A stretch of DNA of 64,000 nucleotides from Variovorax sp. (GCA_031418715.1 JANOJL010000003.1:58201-122200); one strand, 5' to 3'; numbered from the stretch's first letter, positions 12,740 to 24,274 are shown. Made by a program: numbers and translations. The notes: generated by a model from the sequence alone, not told the origin.

Positions 12740-13108
12740 ATGCCCTCAGCCGCCACCCTCGAACATTTCATTTCCTGCGTGGAATCCAATGCGCATGTGA
12801 AAGCGATTGAAGACTTTTACACCGATGATTCCAGCATGCAAGAAAATCAGCAAACGCCACGCGTAGGCAAGCTGGCGAACATGGCACGCGAGCAAGCCGT
12901 GTTGGACAGGATGCAATCAGTGCAATCAAAATGTGTACGCCCGGTGCTCTTGAACGGCGATCATGTGGGGATTCGCTGGGTGTTTGATTTTGAATCAAAA
13001 CAAGGCCAGCGGATGCGCATTGAAGAGCTAGCTTGGCAGCGCTGGGAAGGAGAGAAGATTGCGCAAGAGACGTTTTTCTACGATCCGGCGCAGATGAAGA
13101 TGGTTTGA
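12740..13108 (+). CDS. SnoaL/NTF2-like small protein
   Basis: 122 aa with the size and pattern of NTF2-fold SnoaL-like proteins. Weak assignment. Confidence 0.5.
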   Translation: MPSAATLEHFISCVESNAHVKAIEDFYTDDSSMQENQQTPRVGKLANMAREQAVLDRMQSVQSKCVRPVLLNGDHVGIRWVFDFESKQGQRMRIEELAWQRWEGEKIAQETFFYDPAQMKMV

Positions 13109-13140
13109 ATTGCTTGACTTAGAAAAGTATTTTTTAAATC

Positions 13141-13204
13141 AATTTTTAAGAAAAATCAGCCTTTCCCCGTTATATATTAAGCGTAGTTTGCTATTAATTT
13201 AATA
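13141..13204 (-). repeat. Family-A repeat, copy 4
   Basis: Reverse complement: attaaattaatagcaaactacgcttaatatataacggggaaaggctgatttttcttaaaaatt. It abuts the greB stop. Confidence 0.75.
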
Positions 13205-13771
13205 CTAACCATCAAGTGTTGGCGCAGGGTAACTCACGTTCACGATCTCCAAGGTCTGCACACCCAGAGGTGTGACAAAACGCACTTCATCACCTTCACG
13301 GCTTTTGAGCAAGGCGCGGGCAATCGGCGATATCCAGCTCACCTGAGCTTGCGTGCTCTCTGCCTCATCAATCCCCAAAATCGTGATCGTGCGCTTAGCG
13401 CCAAGAGCGTCGGCATACGTCACCGTTGCACCAAAAAACACCTGGTCGCTGCCTTGGTGTTTTGAAGAGTCCACCACCTGGGCAATCTCCAGCCGCTTGG
13501 TGAGAAAGCGCAGGCGACGATCTATCTCACGCAGACGTTTTTTCCCGTAGAGATAGTCGCCATTTTCACTGCGGTCGCCGTTCTTCGCCGCCCAGTGCAC
13601 GGCTTCCACCACTTTTGGGCGCTCATCATCGACGAGGATTTTCAGTTCAAGCTGCAGGCGGTCGTAGCCTGCTTGGGTGATGTAATTCTTTGCTCCAGGA
13701 GGAATCGGCGGCGCGCCTTGCAGATCTTCGTCATCGTCTGCATCGGTCTCTTTGGTGAAGGCTTTGCTCAT
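13205..13771 (-). CDS. greB: Transcription elongation factor GreB (with acidic N-terminal extension)
   Basis: NYITQAGYDRLQLEL...AAKNGDRSENGDYLYGKKRLREIDRRLRFL is the Gre coiled-coil with acidic tip, followed by the C-terminal globular domain. Confidence 0.9.
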   Translation of the reverse strand: MSKAFTKETDADDDEDLQGAPPIPPGAKNYITQAGYDRLQLELKILVDDERPKVVEAVHWAAKNGDRSENGDYLYGKKRLREIDRRLRFLTKRLEIAQVVDSSKHQGSDQVFFGATVTYADALGAKRTITILGIDEAESTQAQVSWISPIARALLKSREGDEVRFVTPLGVQTLEIVNVSYPAPTLDG

Positions 13772-13799
13772 CGAGTCACCTCATGAATCGTTTCTTGAC

Positions 13800-14708
13800 T
13801 CACTTCGATTTCGCTTCAATCAACGCTTTGAGCTGCGCAATTTGCCGCTGCATCGCCAACTTTCCTGCGTCAATCGAGCGGCGCTTAGCCGTGAAATCAC
13901 CGCTCTTCACGCCCACCAACTCAGGCCGGATCACCACATCTGCGCCTTGCAAGGCATATTCATTGATGCTCTTGCCCATGATCGCAAAGGTTTGCAGCAG
14001 CACAGCCAGCGTGCCATCCGAAGCGTTGCCCTCCGGCGCAGCAGAAATATCCACCGCAATGATCAGCTCTGCGCCCATCTGCTTGGCATAGCGCACAGGC
14101 ACTGGCGCGACCAAACCCCCGTCGACAAACTCACGCTCGCCAATCTTCACCGGATTGAACACCGAAGGCACCGAGCTGCTCGCTCGCACAGCTCGTCCGG
14201 TATCGCCCTGCTGAAAGAGTACACCTTGCCCACTGCGCAAATCCGTAGCCACGATGCCCAGCGGCATGGGCAAGCTCTCAATCAACTTGTTATTGACCTG
14301 TCGATTGACGTAATTCGATAGCGCCTCGCCGCGCAAAATGCCTCGGCTGAAAAAGGGCAGCGTCCAATCCGTGATCTCAGCCTCTTCCATCTTGAGCGCA
14401 ATCTCTTGCAACTGCGCGGCACTCTTGCCCGAAGCGTAAATCGCGCCCACGAGCGAGCCAGCCGACGTGCCCACCACCAAATCCACCTTAATACCCGCCT
14501 CTTCCAACGCCGCTATCACGCCCACATGCGCAAACCCGCGCGCCGCGCCGCCACCTAGCGCGAGGCCGATCTTAGGCGGACGCTTGATCGCTGCCGGCTC
14601 AGGCGCAATCACCGGCGGATCAGCAGGCTTCACAGGCGCGGTCGTGCAGGCGGCCAAAGTCGCCACAAAGGCCATCAAAAGCCAGAATTTCAGTTTCACA
14701 AAAAGCAT
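13800..14708 (-). CDS. Patatin-like phospholipase, lipoprotein
   Basis: Oxyanion GGGAARG, lipase motif GTSAGS and a DGG Asp. Lipobox LAAC sits after ATG 14708, which was chosen inside the longer track ORF. Confidence 0.85.
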   Translation of the reverse strand: MLFVKLKFWLLMAFVATLAACTTAPVKPADPPVIAPEPAAIKRPPKIGLALGGGAARGFAHVGVIAALEEAGIKVDLVVGTSAGSLVGAIYASGKSAAQLQEIALKMEEAEITDWTLPFFSRGILRGEALSNYVNRQVNNKLIESLPMPLGIVATDLRSGQGVLFQQGDTGRAVRASSSVPSVFNPVKIGEREFVDGGLVAPVPVRYAKQMGAELIIAVDISAAPEGNASDGTLAVLLQTFAIMGKSINEYALQGADVVIRPELVGVKSGDFTAKRRSIDAGKLAMQRQIAQLKALIEAKSK

Positions 14709-14748
14709 GGCGCAATTATCAGGCTTAGAAAATCGCAGATAATTGATA

Positions 14749-14770
14749 TTGACGTTTACGTTAACGTCAA
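14749..14770. promoter_or_regulatory. Near-perfect 22-bp palindrome (candidate operator)
   Basis: ttgacgtttacgttaacgtcaa with the perfect core acgttaacgt. It lies ~40 nt upstream of the patatin-lipoprotein ATG. Confidence 0.4.
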
Positions 14771-14779
14771 CAAATACGA

Positions 14780-14857
14780 GGTAACGCAAAAAGACCACGA
14801 AAAAAAATGCTACTGGCTTTCAGTATTTTTTAGCATTTTTTTGCGTTTTTTGCGTTA
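14780..14857. repeat. Family-B A-tract inverted-repeat element (arms ~27-33 nt, 18-nt spacer)
   Basis: The left arm is ggtaacgcaaaaagaccacgaaaaaaaatgcta. The reverse complement of the right arm is taacgcaaaaaacgcaaaaaaatgcta. It lies in the divergent region between the patatin and SDR genes. Confidence 0.75.
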
Positions 14858-14910
14858 AATAAACTGCATCAACGCGCACAGTTTCGTCACTCATACTTAG
14901 AAAGATCATC

Positions 14911-15669
14911 ATGCAAATCAAAGACAACGTTTTCATCGTCACTGGCGGCGCATCTGGCTTGGGCGAAGGCACGGCGCGTATGCTGGCCGCGCAGGGCGGC
15001 AAAGTGGTGATTGCCGATATGCAAGCTGAAAAAGGTGAAGCAGTGGCCAAGGAAATCGGCGGCGCTTTCGTGAAATGCGACGTGACGAGCGAGGCTGATG
15101 GCCAAGCCGTCGTGGCCAAGGCAACTGAAATGGGTAAGTTGATGGGCTTGGTCAATTGCGCAGGCATCGCCAGCGCCGAGCGCACCGTGGGCAAAAATGG
15201 GCCACACAATTTTGATGCCTTCAAAAAGACCGTCACCATCAACCTCTTTGGCAGCTTCAACATGCTGCGCCTGGCCGCTGATGCGATGAGCAAAAACGAG
15301 CCAGAATCCACCAAAGAGCGCGGCTGCATCATCAACACGGCTTCAGTAGCCGCCTACGACGGTCAGATCGGCCAAGCGGCCTACGCAGCCTCCAAAGGCG
15401 GCATCGTCGGCATGACGCTCCCGATCGCCCGAGATCTGTCAAAAATCGGCATCCGCGTCTGCACCATCGCCCCAGGCATCATGGGCACGCCGATGATGTT
15501 TGGCATGCCGCAAGATGTGCAAGACGCTCTCGCCGCCGCTGTTCCATTTCCGAGCCGCCTAGGCACGCCGCAAGACTACGCAAAACTCGCCCTGCACATT
15601 TTCGACAATGATTTGCTCAATGGCGAGACGATTCGTTTGGATGGGGCGATACGCTTAGCGCCGAAATAA
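14911..15669 (+). CDS. Short-chain dehydrogenase (3-hydroxyacyl-CoA dehydrogenase type-2-like)
   Basis: SDR motifs TGGASGLG, NCAG and YAASKGG. 252 aa. Confidence 0.85.
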   Translation: MQIKDNVFIVTGGASGLGEGTARMLAAQGGKVVIADMQAEKGEAVAKEIGGAFVKCDVTSEADGQAVVAKATEMGKLMGLVNCAGIASAERTVGKNGPHNFDAFKKTVTINLFGSFNMLRLAADAMSKNEPESTKERGCIINTASVAAYDGQIGQAAYAASKGGIVGMTLPIARDLSKIGIRVCTIAPGIMGTPMMFGMPQDVQDALAAAVPFPSRLGTPQDYAKLALHIFDNDLLNGETIRLDGAIRLAPK

Positions 15670-15688
15670 TTTTTACGTCTCGCACAAG

Positions 15689-15721
15689 AGCCCGCAGGTG
15701 ATGAGTCTGCAGGCTTTTTTA
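15689..15721 (+). terminator. Rho-independent terminator after the SDR gene
   Basis: agcccgcag gtgatgagt ctgcaggctttttt. Confidence 0.7.
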
Positions 15722-15747
15722 TTGAAATTTACAGTGAAAATGGCAGA

Positions 15748-15795
15748 TAGTCGGCATATTTATTGCGCAAGCAGCTATGGAATTAATAGTAAGCA
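15748..15795 (-). repeat. Family-A repeat, copy 5 (degenerate)
   Basis: Reverse complement: ctattaattccatagctgcttgcgcaataaatatgccgact. Only the hairpin and GCGCA core are retained. Confidence 0.5.
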
Positions 15796-15835
15796 GCAAC
15801 GCTCACTAGGCTCAATCTGAAGTACGGTGGTCGTA

Positions 15836-17293
15836 TCAAACCGGCAAAGCCACGAGGTCGTGGCCTTGCGTGCCCACAATCCGCGCTGCAGTGAATTCGC
15901 CCACACGCAGCTGCTTGCTAATCTTCTCGGGCGGCAGTAAGTGGACGATGCCGTCGATCTCCGGGGCGTCCGCATACGAGCGGCCTTTGCCGCCTTTTTT
16001 GCCCAGCCCAGGTGCGTGATCAATCAGCACCTGCATCGTCATGCCAACGCGGCTCTTCAGCTTCTCGGCTGATACTTCTTCAGCCACCGCCATAAAGCGC
16101 GCCAAGCGCTCATCGCGCACCTCTTGCGGCAGCATGCCTTCTAGCTCATTCGCCGCAGCGCCCTTCACTGCGCTATAGGCAAAGCAGCCTGCACGGTCAA
16201 TTTTTGCTTCGCGCAAAAAGTCCAGCAGATGCTGAAACTCCTCTTCTGTCTCACCCGGAAAGCCGGCAATAAACGTAGAGCGAATCACGATCTCAGGGCA
16301 AATCTCTCTCCAGCGCTCAATGCGCGCCAGATTCTTCTCGCCGCTCGCCGGGCGCTTCATGCGCTTCAATACATCAGGGTGGCTGTGCTGAAACGGCACG
16401 TCCAGATACGGCAGGATGCGCCCCGTCGCCATCAGCGGCACGATCTCGTCCACATGCGGATACGGGTACACATAATGCAGGCGAATCCACGCACCATGCG
16501 GCTCAGCCAGCTTCGATAGCTCTTCGCACAATTCAAACATGCGCGTTTTCACCGGCTTGCCATCAAAGAAACCGGTGCGGTATTTCACATCCACGCCATA
16601 GGCCGACGTGTCTTGGCTGATTACCAGCAGTTCGCGTACGCCGCCTTCAAACAGCGCCTTCGCCTCTTTCAGCACATCGCCCACCGGGCGGCTCACCAAA
16701 TCGCCACGCATGCTCGGGATGATGCAAAACGTGCAGCGATGGTTGCAACCTTCGCTGATTTTTAAGTAGGCGTAATGTTTTGGAGTCAGTTTGATGCCAA
16801 AAGCAGGCACCAAATCAACAAACGGATCGTGCGGCTTAGGCAAATGCTTGTGCACCGCATCCATCACCTCCTGCGTCGCATGCGGGCCCGTGACGGCGAG
16901 CACGCTGGGGTGAATGCTGCGCACCAAGTTTTGAGTATCATTTGTGCCACTCGCCGTTATATTTCCTGTGCGAGCAGCTATCATTTCAGGAGCATCTGAC
17001 GGCTTCATATCCACCGTCTTCGCGCCCAAACAGCCCGTGACGATCACGCGGCCATTGGCGGCGAGTGCCTCGCCAATCGTATCCAAGCTTTCCTTCACGG
17101 CATCGTCAATGAAGCCGCAGGTGTTCACAATCACCAAATCCGCGCCCTCAAAGGTCTTAGAAGTCTCGTAGCCCTCCGCAGCAAGCTGCGTGAGGATCAG
17201 CTCAGAGTCAGTCAAAGCCTTCGGGCAGCCCAGGCTCACGAAGCCGACTTTTGGGATTTTGGTGGGGGTAATTTCAAGGGTAGCAGCTGTCAT
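15836..17293 (-). CDS. rimO: Ribosomal protein S12 methylthiotransferase
   Basis: UPF0004 N-domain ([11 protein letters not shown]), radical-SAM CNHRCTFC and a C-terminal TRAM domain. Confidence 0.92.
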   Translation of the reverse strand: MTAATLEITPTKIPKVGFVSLGCPKALTDSELILTQLAAEGYETSKTFEGADLVIVNTCGFIDDAVKESLDTIGEALAANGRVIVTGCLGAKTVDMKPSDAPEMIAARTGNITASGTNDTQNLVRSIHPSVLAVTGPHATQEVMDAVHKHLPKPHDPFVDLVPAFGIKLTPKHYAYLKISEGCNHRCTFCIIPSMRGDLVSRPVGDVLKEAKALFEGGVRELLVISQDTSAYGVDVKYRTGFFDGKPVKTRMFELCEELSKLAEPHGAWIRLHYVYPYPHVDEIVPLMATGRILPYLDVPFQHSHPDVLKRMKRPASGEKNLARIERWREICPEIVIRSTFIAGFPGETEEEFQHLLDFLREAKIDRAGCFAYSAVKGAAANELEGMLPQEVRDERLARFMAVAEEVSAEKLKSRVGMTMQVLIDHAPGLGKKGGKGRSYADAPEIDGIVHLLPPEKISKQLRVGEFTAARIVGTQGHDLVALPV

Positions 17294-17330
17294 GCCGCTA
17301 TTGTCTCAGATGGGAACAAGAGCATTTGAC

Positions 17331-17774
17331 TCAAAGCACTGCGCCGCGCCACATTTGCACTCCTCCCATCCCAAAAAATAAGGTGAAGAAAAACCAGAAA
17401 ATGGGCCGCCACAATGGAATTTTTCTATCGAGCACAGCATCTTGTGGATTGCTCGGGTTGTAGCAAACCCGGGCTATTTTTCCAGCGGGATAGCTGGCCA
17501 GCTGCTGTTTAGCGTAACCCTCGGTGCCACTGTTAGGCGTGTAGAAGCCGATCTGCTTGCCTGTGTAATCCTGTTGATCAACGGTATACCTATAGCGAAT
17601 ATGTGGAATCCAGCCATCGGAATCCTCTTGAATGTTGCTTTGAAGAATTTCGCCTTGGGTTGTGAGCCACCTCTTCGATGCATGCTGACGAGCCATTGAC
17701 CATGCCAACATACCACCGCAGCCCAAGCCAACAAGCATGCTAATGAAGCCAGCGATTTGAGGGCTAAGTTCCAT
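17331..17774 (-). CDS. DUF3592-like membrane protein
   Basis: An N-terminal TM segment, then G.I...........Y.Y.V....Y.G, then a C-terminal TM segment. Family name is from memory. Confidence 0.5.
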   Translation of the reverse strand: MELSPQIAGFISMLVGLGCGGMLAWSMARQHASKRWLTTQGEILQSNIQEDSDGWIPHIRYRYTVDQQDYTGKQIGFYTPNSGTEGYAKQQLASYPAGKIARVCYNPSNPQDAVLDRKIPLWRPIFWFFFTLFFGMGGVQMWRGAVL

Positions 17775-17886
17775 GATACTGGCTGCCTATTCAAAAAACC
17801 TTGAGAAGCATGTCAACAGCCAGGTCACGCGATCAGAAATGCTCGCGCAGGCCATGTGAACCCTTCGCATGACCCGCCGACTTGCA

Positions 17887-18417
17887 TCACCGCTTCATCC
17901 CAAACGCCGTCAGCATCTGCTCCTGCATCTGCGCGGCCATGGTTTGGCTTTGCTCCATGAAGCTGCCCATGAATTGGCTGGCATTGGGTACGGTGCCTAG
18001 CGTGGGCAAGGCACCTGCGCCGAATTTTTTTTGTAGATCCGTGAAGGCTTGCATGTTTTTCTCCAACATGCTGCCCATGAAGCCTTGCATGTTGTGGCCA
18101 TAAAACCGAATCATATTGGCCAGCGCAGCTTCGCTAAACATGGGTACACCGCCACTTTCTTCTTCCAAAATGATCTGCAAGAGGATCGCGCGCGTGAGGT
18201 CTTCGCTGGTTTTGGCATCCAACACAGCAAACGGCTTGCCATCGATCACGAGTTGCTTGACTTCAGACAAGGTGATGTAGGACGAACTGGTGGTGTCATA
18301 CAGCCTGCGGTTGGGGTATTTTTTGATGGTGCGCAGCTTGGGGGGAGCTGCGGGAGAGGCCTTGGAGTTGCTGGCATCAGCCGAAGCTGAGCTAGCGGCT
18401 TTTTTTGTGGTGACCAA
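17887..18417 (-). CDS. phaR: Polyhydroxyalkanoate synthesis repressor PhaR
   Basis: IKKYPNRRLYDTTSSSYITLSEVKQLV is the PhaR N-terminal DNA-binding signature. TTG start preceded by AGGAGA. Confidence 0.85.
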   Translation of the reverse strand: MVTTKKAASSASADASNSKASPAAPPKLRTIKKYPNRRLYDTTSSSYITLSEVKQLVIDGKPFAVLDAKTSEDLTRAILLQIILEEESGGVPMFSEAALANMIRFYGHNMQGFMGSMLEKNMQAFTDLQKKFGAGALPTLGTVPNASQFMGSFMEQSQTMAAQMQEQMLTAFGMKR

Positions 18418-18507
18418 AGAGTTCTCCTAAACTGATCGCAGTAAAAGATGCCTCAAAAAACTGCTGCATCGCAACAATATTCTAGGCAATTCATGCGGTA
18501 GGGCAAC

Positions 18508-18539
18508 AAAAAAGCCGCTAGGTTTACCCTTAGCGGCTT
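18508..18539 (-). terminator. Rho-independent terminator after tRNA-Val
   Basis: Minus strand: aagccgcta agggtaaacc tagcggctttttt. Confidence 0.8.
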
Positions 18540-18569
18540 AAGAATTTGTGTTGCCAATTTCAAAGAAAT

Positions 18570-18646
18570 TGGTAGGCGCAATTGGACTCGAACCAACGAC
18601 CCCCACCATGTCAAGGTGGTGCTCTAACCAGCTGAGCTATGCGCCT
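18570..18646 (-). tRNA. tRNA-Val (anticodon GAC)
   Basis: The reverse complement AGGCGCATAGCTCAGCTGGTTAGAGCACCACCTTGACATGGTGGGGGTCGTTGGTTCGAGTCCAATTGCGCCTACCA folds as a cloverleaf. It has a 7-bp acceptor stem, anticodon loop TTGACAT, TPsiC GTTCGAGTC, and an encoded CCA. Confidence 0.93.
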
Positions 18647-18693
18647 ATTGAAGCCCCAGATTATAGCATTGCTATCTGAGGCATTAAACGGGA

Positions 18694-19653
<960 letters not shown>

Positions 19654-19831
19654 TCAAGGGAATTGCTGTGGCGATATGGCGACGTTTGATGTACAGTCGC
19701 GGCGAGAGTGTCAAGAATTAAAGTGGATTATCGGGCGGTTTTTCGCAGGTCGCGTCGGTATCGTGAAATTCAAGACAACTTATGAATGCAATTGCACATA
19801 AAACAATCAAATGTCTGTAGAGGGACACCAC

Positions 19832-20506
19832 ATGTCAATGTTGTCAAATCTTGAGCTGATCCGCCGCGTGCCCTTGTTTGCCATGCTCACGCCTTCTCAG
19901 GCGGAGTCGGTGTCTGAAGCGGTGATCAAGCGCCGTTTCAAGCGCGGCGAACTGGTGGTGGAGCAAGGTAAAAAATCCAATGCACTTTTTATTATCCTGA
20001 CCGGCCGCTGCCGCGTATTTACCTCCGATGCCCGTGGCCGCGAGGTGATTTTGGCCAACATGCAGCCAGGCGACTACATCGGTGAAATGAGTCTGATCGA
20101 CAACGAGCCGCATTCGGCTTCGGTGCGCGCGGAGGTGCAAACCGATGTGTTGATGCTGGGTCGCCTTGAGTTTGCGCGCTGCTTGCCTGAGAACACATCC
20201 ATGGCTTATGCTGTGATGAAGGGCTTGGTGCAACGCCTGCGCAGCGCGGATCGCAAGATCGAATCGCTGGCTTTGATGGATGTGTATGGCCGCGTGGCGC
20301 GGGCTTTGTTGGAGGCTTCTGAGTTGAATGCCGAAGGCTTGAATATCATCAAAGACAAAGTGTCTCGGCAAGATTTGGCCAAAATGGTGGGCGCTTCGCG
20401 CGAGATGGTGAGCCGGGTGATGAAAGATTTGGAAGAGCGCGGTTTCATTGAAACGCAATCTTCTGGCTCGGTGATCATTCGCGAACGCTTGAACGCCTTA
20501 GGCTAA
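19832..20506 (+). CDS. Crp/Fnr family transcriptional regulator
   Basis: cNMP-binding domain (GDYIGEMSLID) and C-terminal HTH (RQDLAKMVGASREMVSRVMKDLE). ATG 19832 follows GAGGGA; the track start is 19811. Confidence 0.85.
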   Translation: MSMLSNLELIRRVPLFAMLTPSQAESVSEAVIKRRFKRGELVVEQGKKSNALFIILTGRCRVFTSDARGREVILANMQPGDYIGEMSLIDNEPHSASVRAEVQTDVLMLGRLEFARCLPENTSMAYAVMKGLVQRLRSADRKIESLALMDVYGRVARALLEASELNAEGLNIIKDKVSRQDLAKMVGASREMVSRVMKDLEERGFIETQSSGSVIIRERLNALG

Positions 20507-20607
20507 ATCCCTGCGCTTGGCCTATCTCCGCCTTCATTCTCTGCTCTAACACAAGCCTGAAAGTCGCTTTTTCCGCCTTGAGCAGAAGTGCGCTATCATT
20601 TTGATAG

Positions 20608-22986
20608 ATGGCCTATTCTCTTGACACTCTCAATTCGCCCACGGGCGCGCGCAGCAATGCGCCTCCCTCATCCCAGATGAGCAAGCCACGGCGATTTACG
20701 CAGGAGTTGGCTCTGAGCTTGGGGGCGCTGGCCTTGGTTTTCTGGATTCTGGCCTTGCTCACGCATTCAGCCTCCGATGCGGCTTGGTCAACCTCGGGTT
20801 CAAATTTGGCTGGCGCGGGTGCTCGCAACTGGGCGGGACGCTTGGGCGCTTGGCTATCGGATGCTTCTTTTTATCTGCTGGGTTATTCGGTCTGGTGGCT
20901 GGTGGCGGCGGGCTTGCGCACCTGGCTTTCTAGCTTGGCACGTTGGCTGCGCGGCACATCCAAGCCAGCTTCTCACAGCCGCCTCTTTTTCTGGCTCGGC
21001 ATGGCTCTGCTTCTAGCGGCCAGCTGTACCTTGGAATGGACGCGCCTGTATCGCTTTGAAGCGCGTTTGCCTTCGCATTCAGGCGGTGTGCTGGGCTATG
21101 GGCTGGGCGCGATGTCGATTCAATGGCTGGGCTTCAATGGCTCAGCCTTGCTGGCGATAGTGATGGGTTTGCTGGGTGCTGCTTGGGCGCTTCGCTTTTC
21201 ATGGAGTGCATGGGCGGAGAGCTTAGGTGGCTTCATTCTGAATTGGATTGAAAAACGCCGCGAGAAGAAAGAAAAAGCACAAGATTTGGCCTTTGGCACG
21301 CAGGCCGCACGCGAGCGCGAGGAAACTGTGAACGTCGAGCGGGCGGAGAGCGAAGAGCTGCATGTCGCGCCGATGATTTTCCCCAAAGCAGCGCCATTGC
21401 AGATTGAGCCTGTGTTGACCGATATGTTTGTCGATGTACCCACGAGTACGCGCGTGGCCAAGGAGCGGCAAAAAGGTTTGTTTGTGGAGCTGCCTGATAG
21501 CAAGCTGCCGCAGGTGGATTTGCTGGATGGTGCACCAGTTGGCAGACAAGAAACCGTATCGTCCGAAACGCTGGAGATGACTTCTCGCTTGATCGAGAAA
21601 AAGCTGAAGGATTTTGGCGTGAGCGTACAAGTAGTGGCAGCGATGCCAGGCCCTGTGATCACGCGCTACGAGATTGAGCCTGCAACGGGTGTGAAGGGTT
21701 CGCAGATTGTGGGCTTGGCGAAAGATTTGGCGCGTTCGCTCTCGCTCGTTTCTATTCGTGTCGTTGAGACAATTCCTGGCAAAAACTTTATGGCTCTTGA
21801 GTTGCCCAATGCCAGGCGCCAGACGATTCGCCTGTCCGAGATTCTTGGCTCACAGGTCTACAACGATGCAAAATCCATGCTCACGATGGGTTTGGGCAAA
21901 GACATCATTGGCAACCCGGTGGTGGCTGATTTGGCTAAGATGCCGCATTGCTTGGTGGCAGGAACGACCGGCTCTGGTAAGTCAGTGGGCATCAATGCCA
22001 CGATTCTCTCTCTCTTATACAAAGCCGAAGCGCGCGATGTCCGCCTGCTGCTGATTGATCCGAAGATGCTGGAGATGAGCGTGTATGAAGGCATTCCGCA
22101 TTTGCTCTGCCCTGTCGTCACCGATATGCGGCAAGCTGCACACGGCTTGAATTGGTGCGTCATGGAGATGGAGCGGCGCTACAAGCTGATGAGTAAGCTG
22201 GGTGTTCGAAATCTCGCGGGCTACAACGTGAAGATTGACGATGCGAAATCACGCGAAGAATTCATCTACAACCCGTTTTCCCTCACGCCGGATTCGCCTG
22301 AGCCACTGGAGAGATTGCCGCATATCGTGGTGGTGATTGACGAGCTGGCAGATTTGATGATGGTGGTGGGCAAGAAGATTGAAGAACTGATTGCGCGGCT
22401 GGCGCAGAAGGCGCGTGCTGCAGGTATTCATTTGATTTTGGCGACGCAGCGCCCGAGTGTGGACGTGATAACGGGCCTGATCAAAGCGAATATTCCGACC
22501 CGTATTGCCTTCCAAGTGAGCAGCAAGATCGACAGCCGCACCATCCTCGATCAAATGGGCGCAGAAGCCCTGCTGGGCATGGGCGACATGCTCTATATGC
22601 CTTCGGGCACTGGCTTTCCTGTGCGCGTACACGGCGCGTTTGTGAGCGATGAGGAAGTGCATCGCGTCGTGGCTTATCTCAAATCACAAGGCCCACCAAA
22701 CTACATTGAAGGCGTGCTGGAAGGCGGAACTGTTGACGATGAAGACGGTCTATCCCTCGATGGCTTGACCGGCGGCTCTTCAGGTGAGAAAGATCCGCTT
22801 TACGACAAAGCTGTGGAGATTGTTTTGAAAAACCAAAAAGCCAGTATTTCCCTCGTGCAACGCCATTTGGCGATTGGCTACAACAAAGCCGCCAATTTGC
22901 TCGAGGCCATGGAAAGAGCAGGTTTGGTCACATCCATGAACGGGCGCGGACAGCGTGAGATTTTGGTGCCACAGCGCAGTGAATAA
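20608..22986 (+). CDS. ftsK: DNA translocase FtsK
   Basis: N-terminal TM segments, a linker, motor domain with Walker A GTTGSGKS and DELADLMM, and a C-terminal gamma wHTH ([23 protein letters not shown]). Confidence 0.96.
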   Translation: MAYSLDTLNSPTGARSNAPPSSQMSKPRRFTQELALSLGALALVFWILALLTHSASDAAWSTSGSNLAGAGARNWAGRLGAWLSDASFYLLGYSVWWLVAAGLRTWLSSLARWLRGTSKPASHSRLFFWLGMALLLAASCTLEWTRLYRFEARLPSHSGGVLGYGLGAMSIQWLGFNGSALLAIVMGLLGAAWALRFSWSAWAESLGGFILNWIEKRREKKEKAQDLAFGTQAAREREETVNVERAESEELHVAPMIFPKAAPLQIEPVLTDMFVDVPTSTRVAKERQKGLFVELPDSKLPQVDLLDGAPVGRQETVSSETLEMTSRLIEKKLKDFGVSVQVVAAMPGPVITRYEIEPATGVKGSQIVGLAKDLARSLSLVSIRVVETIPGKNFMALELPNARRQTIRLSEILGSQVYNDAKSMLTMGLGKDIIGNPVVADLAKMPHCLVAGTTGSGKSVGINATILSLLYKAEARDVRLLLIDPKMLEMSVYEGIPHLLCPVVTDMRQAAHGLNWCVMEMERRYKLMSKLGVRNLAGYNVKIDDAKSREEFIYNPFSLTPDSPEPLERLPHIVVVIDELADLMMVVGKKIEELIARLAQKARAAGIHLILATQRPSVDVITGLIKANIPTRIAFQVSSKIDSRTILDQMGAEALLGMGDMLYMPSGTGFPVRVHGAFVSDEEVHRVVAYLKSQGPPNYIEGVLEGGTVDDEDGLSLDGLTGGSSGEKDPLYDKAVEIVLKNQKASISLVQRHLAIGYNKAANLLEAMERAGLVTSMNGRGQREILVPQRSE

Positions 22987-23025
22987 GCCGCGAAACAACG
23001 GCGTTTGCACAATGGGAGCGAACTG

Positions 23026-23682
23026 ATGAGACAACTTTTAAGGCCACTGGCTACTACGCTTTTGATAGCGCTTTACGCAGGATCTATAACGGCTAACGGC
23101 ATAGAAAGCTTAGAAAACTTCGTGAAAACCGTGAAATCTGGCAAATCCGAGTTCACGCAAACCGTAACCTCCCCTGCCCGCGCTGGCGAGGCGATGAGCC
23201 CAGCCCCGCGCATCAAAACCTCCAGCGGCAGCTTTGAATTTCTGCGCCCCGGCAAATTCAAATTCCAATACAAAAAACCGTTTGAACAGCTCATCTTGGC
23301 CGACGGCACCAACCTGTGGATTTACGATGCTGACTTGAATCAAGCTACCCAGCGCAAACAATCCACCGCATTTGCCAACACGCCGGTTGCCCTGATCGCC
23401 TCTTCCACCGATTTATCCGCACTGCGCAACGAATTTAGCCTCGAAAACGCCCCCAGCAGCGACGGCCTGAACTGGGTCAGCGCACGCCCCAAAGCCGCAG
23501 ACAGCACCCTACAAACCGTGCGCATCGGCTTCAAAGGCGACGCCCTGCATCAGCTCGACATCACGGACAGCTTCGGCCAACGCAGCGTGATTAGCTTTAA
23601 TGCTATGCAGATCAACACAGCATTGCCCGCAAGCAGTTTTCAATTCACGCCACCACCCAAGGCAGAGCTGCTCAAGCAGTGA
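23026..23682 (+). CDS. lolA: Outer-membrane lipoprotein carrier protein LolA
   Basis: Signal peptide plus a LolA fold pattern (FTQ...G.F...RPGKFKFQYKKPFEQLILADGTNLWIYD). It follows ftsK, as in many proteobacteria. Confidence 0.85.
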   Translation: MRQLLRPLATTLLIALYAGSITANGIESLENFVKTVKSGKSEFTQTVTSPARAGEAMSPAPRIKTSSGSFEFLRPGKFKFQYKKPFEQLILADGTNLWIYDADLNQATQRKQSTAFANTPVALIASSTDLSALRNEFSLENAPSSDGLNWVSARPKAADSTLQTVRIGFKGDALHQLDITDSFGQRSVISFNAMQINTALPASSFQFTPPPKAELLKQ

Positions 23683-23696
23683 AATTGAGCGCTCAC

Positions 23697-23764
23697 TTGC
23701 TATTAATTCAGTAGCAAACTTTACTTATTTTATAACGAGTACTGCCCGATTTCTCTTCAAAATC
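23697..23764 (+). repeat. Family-A repeat, copy 6
   Basis: ttgctattaattcagtagcaaactttacttattttataacgagtactgcccgatttctcttcaaaatc, just after the lolA stop. Confidence 0.75.
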
Positions 23765-24213
23765 TGCTGCCAAGCGTGCCTCTATGCGTTTGACATGCCA
23801 GATCATTTCCGATCAGCGCACAACGCGCAGCAGTGCCAATGCATTACCGCGGAGCGCGGCGGCATCGCCCTGTGAGAGGCCACGTGATTCGGCAGCGCGC
23901 TCGAGCAATTGGCGTGCAGCACCCGCGTTGTTGCGGCGGTTCAGGAGGGAGGCGAAAAATGTCTTCAAGGCGTTCATGGTGTTCTTTCACAAGACCTGTT
24001 GCTGCGTTCGGAATGAAGCAATACAGCAGGTAAAAACTCAATGACTGTAGAATAAGGGTAAACCCTATTAATGCAAACCCTTGACTATGCATTCCTTGCA
24101 TAAAGCCGCTCTGGACGCACATAACCGAGTCCCTCCTCTAAACCTCATCACGATCAAAACAGGATCATAGAGCGCAGGATTCATACCGCCATGGCAAGAA
24201 CCGATTCAAGCAT

Positions 24214-24237
24214 TAAAAAAGCCACCCGAAGGTGGCT
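24214..24237 (-). terminator. Rho-independent terminator after the orphan lipoprotein gene
   Basis: Minus strand: aagccacc ttcg ggtggctttttt. Confidence 0.8.
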
Positions 24238-24274
24238 TGATCTATAGCTGGCCAATCGCCAGCTAGGCAGATTC

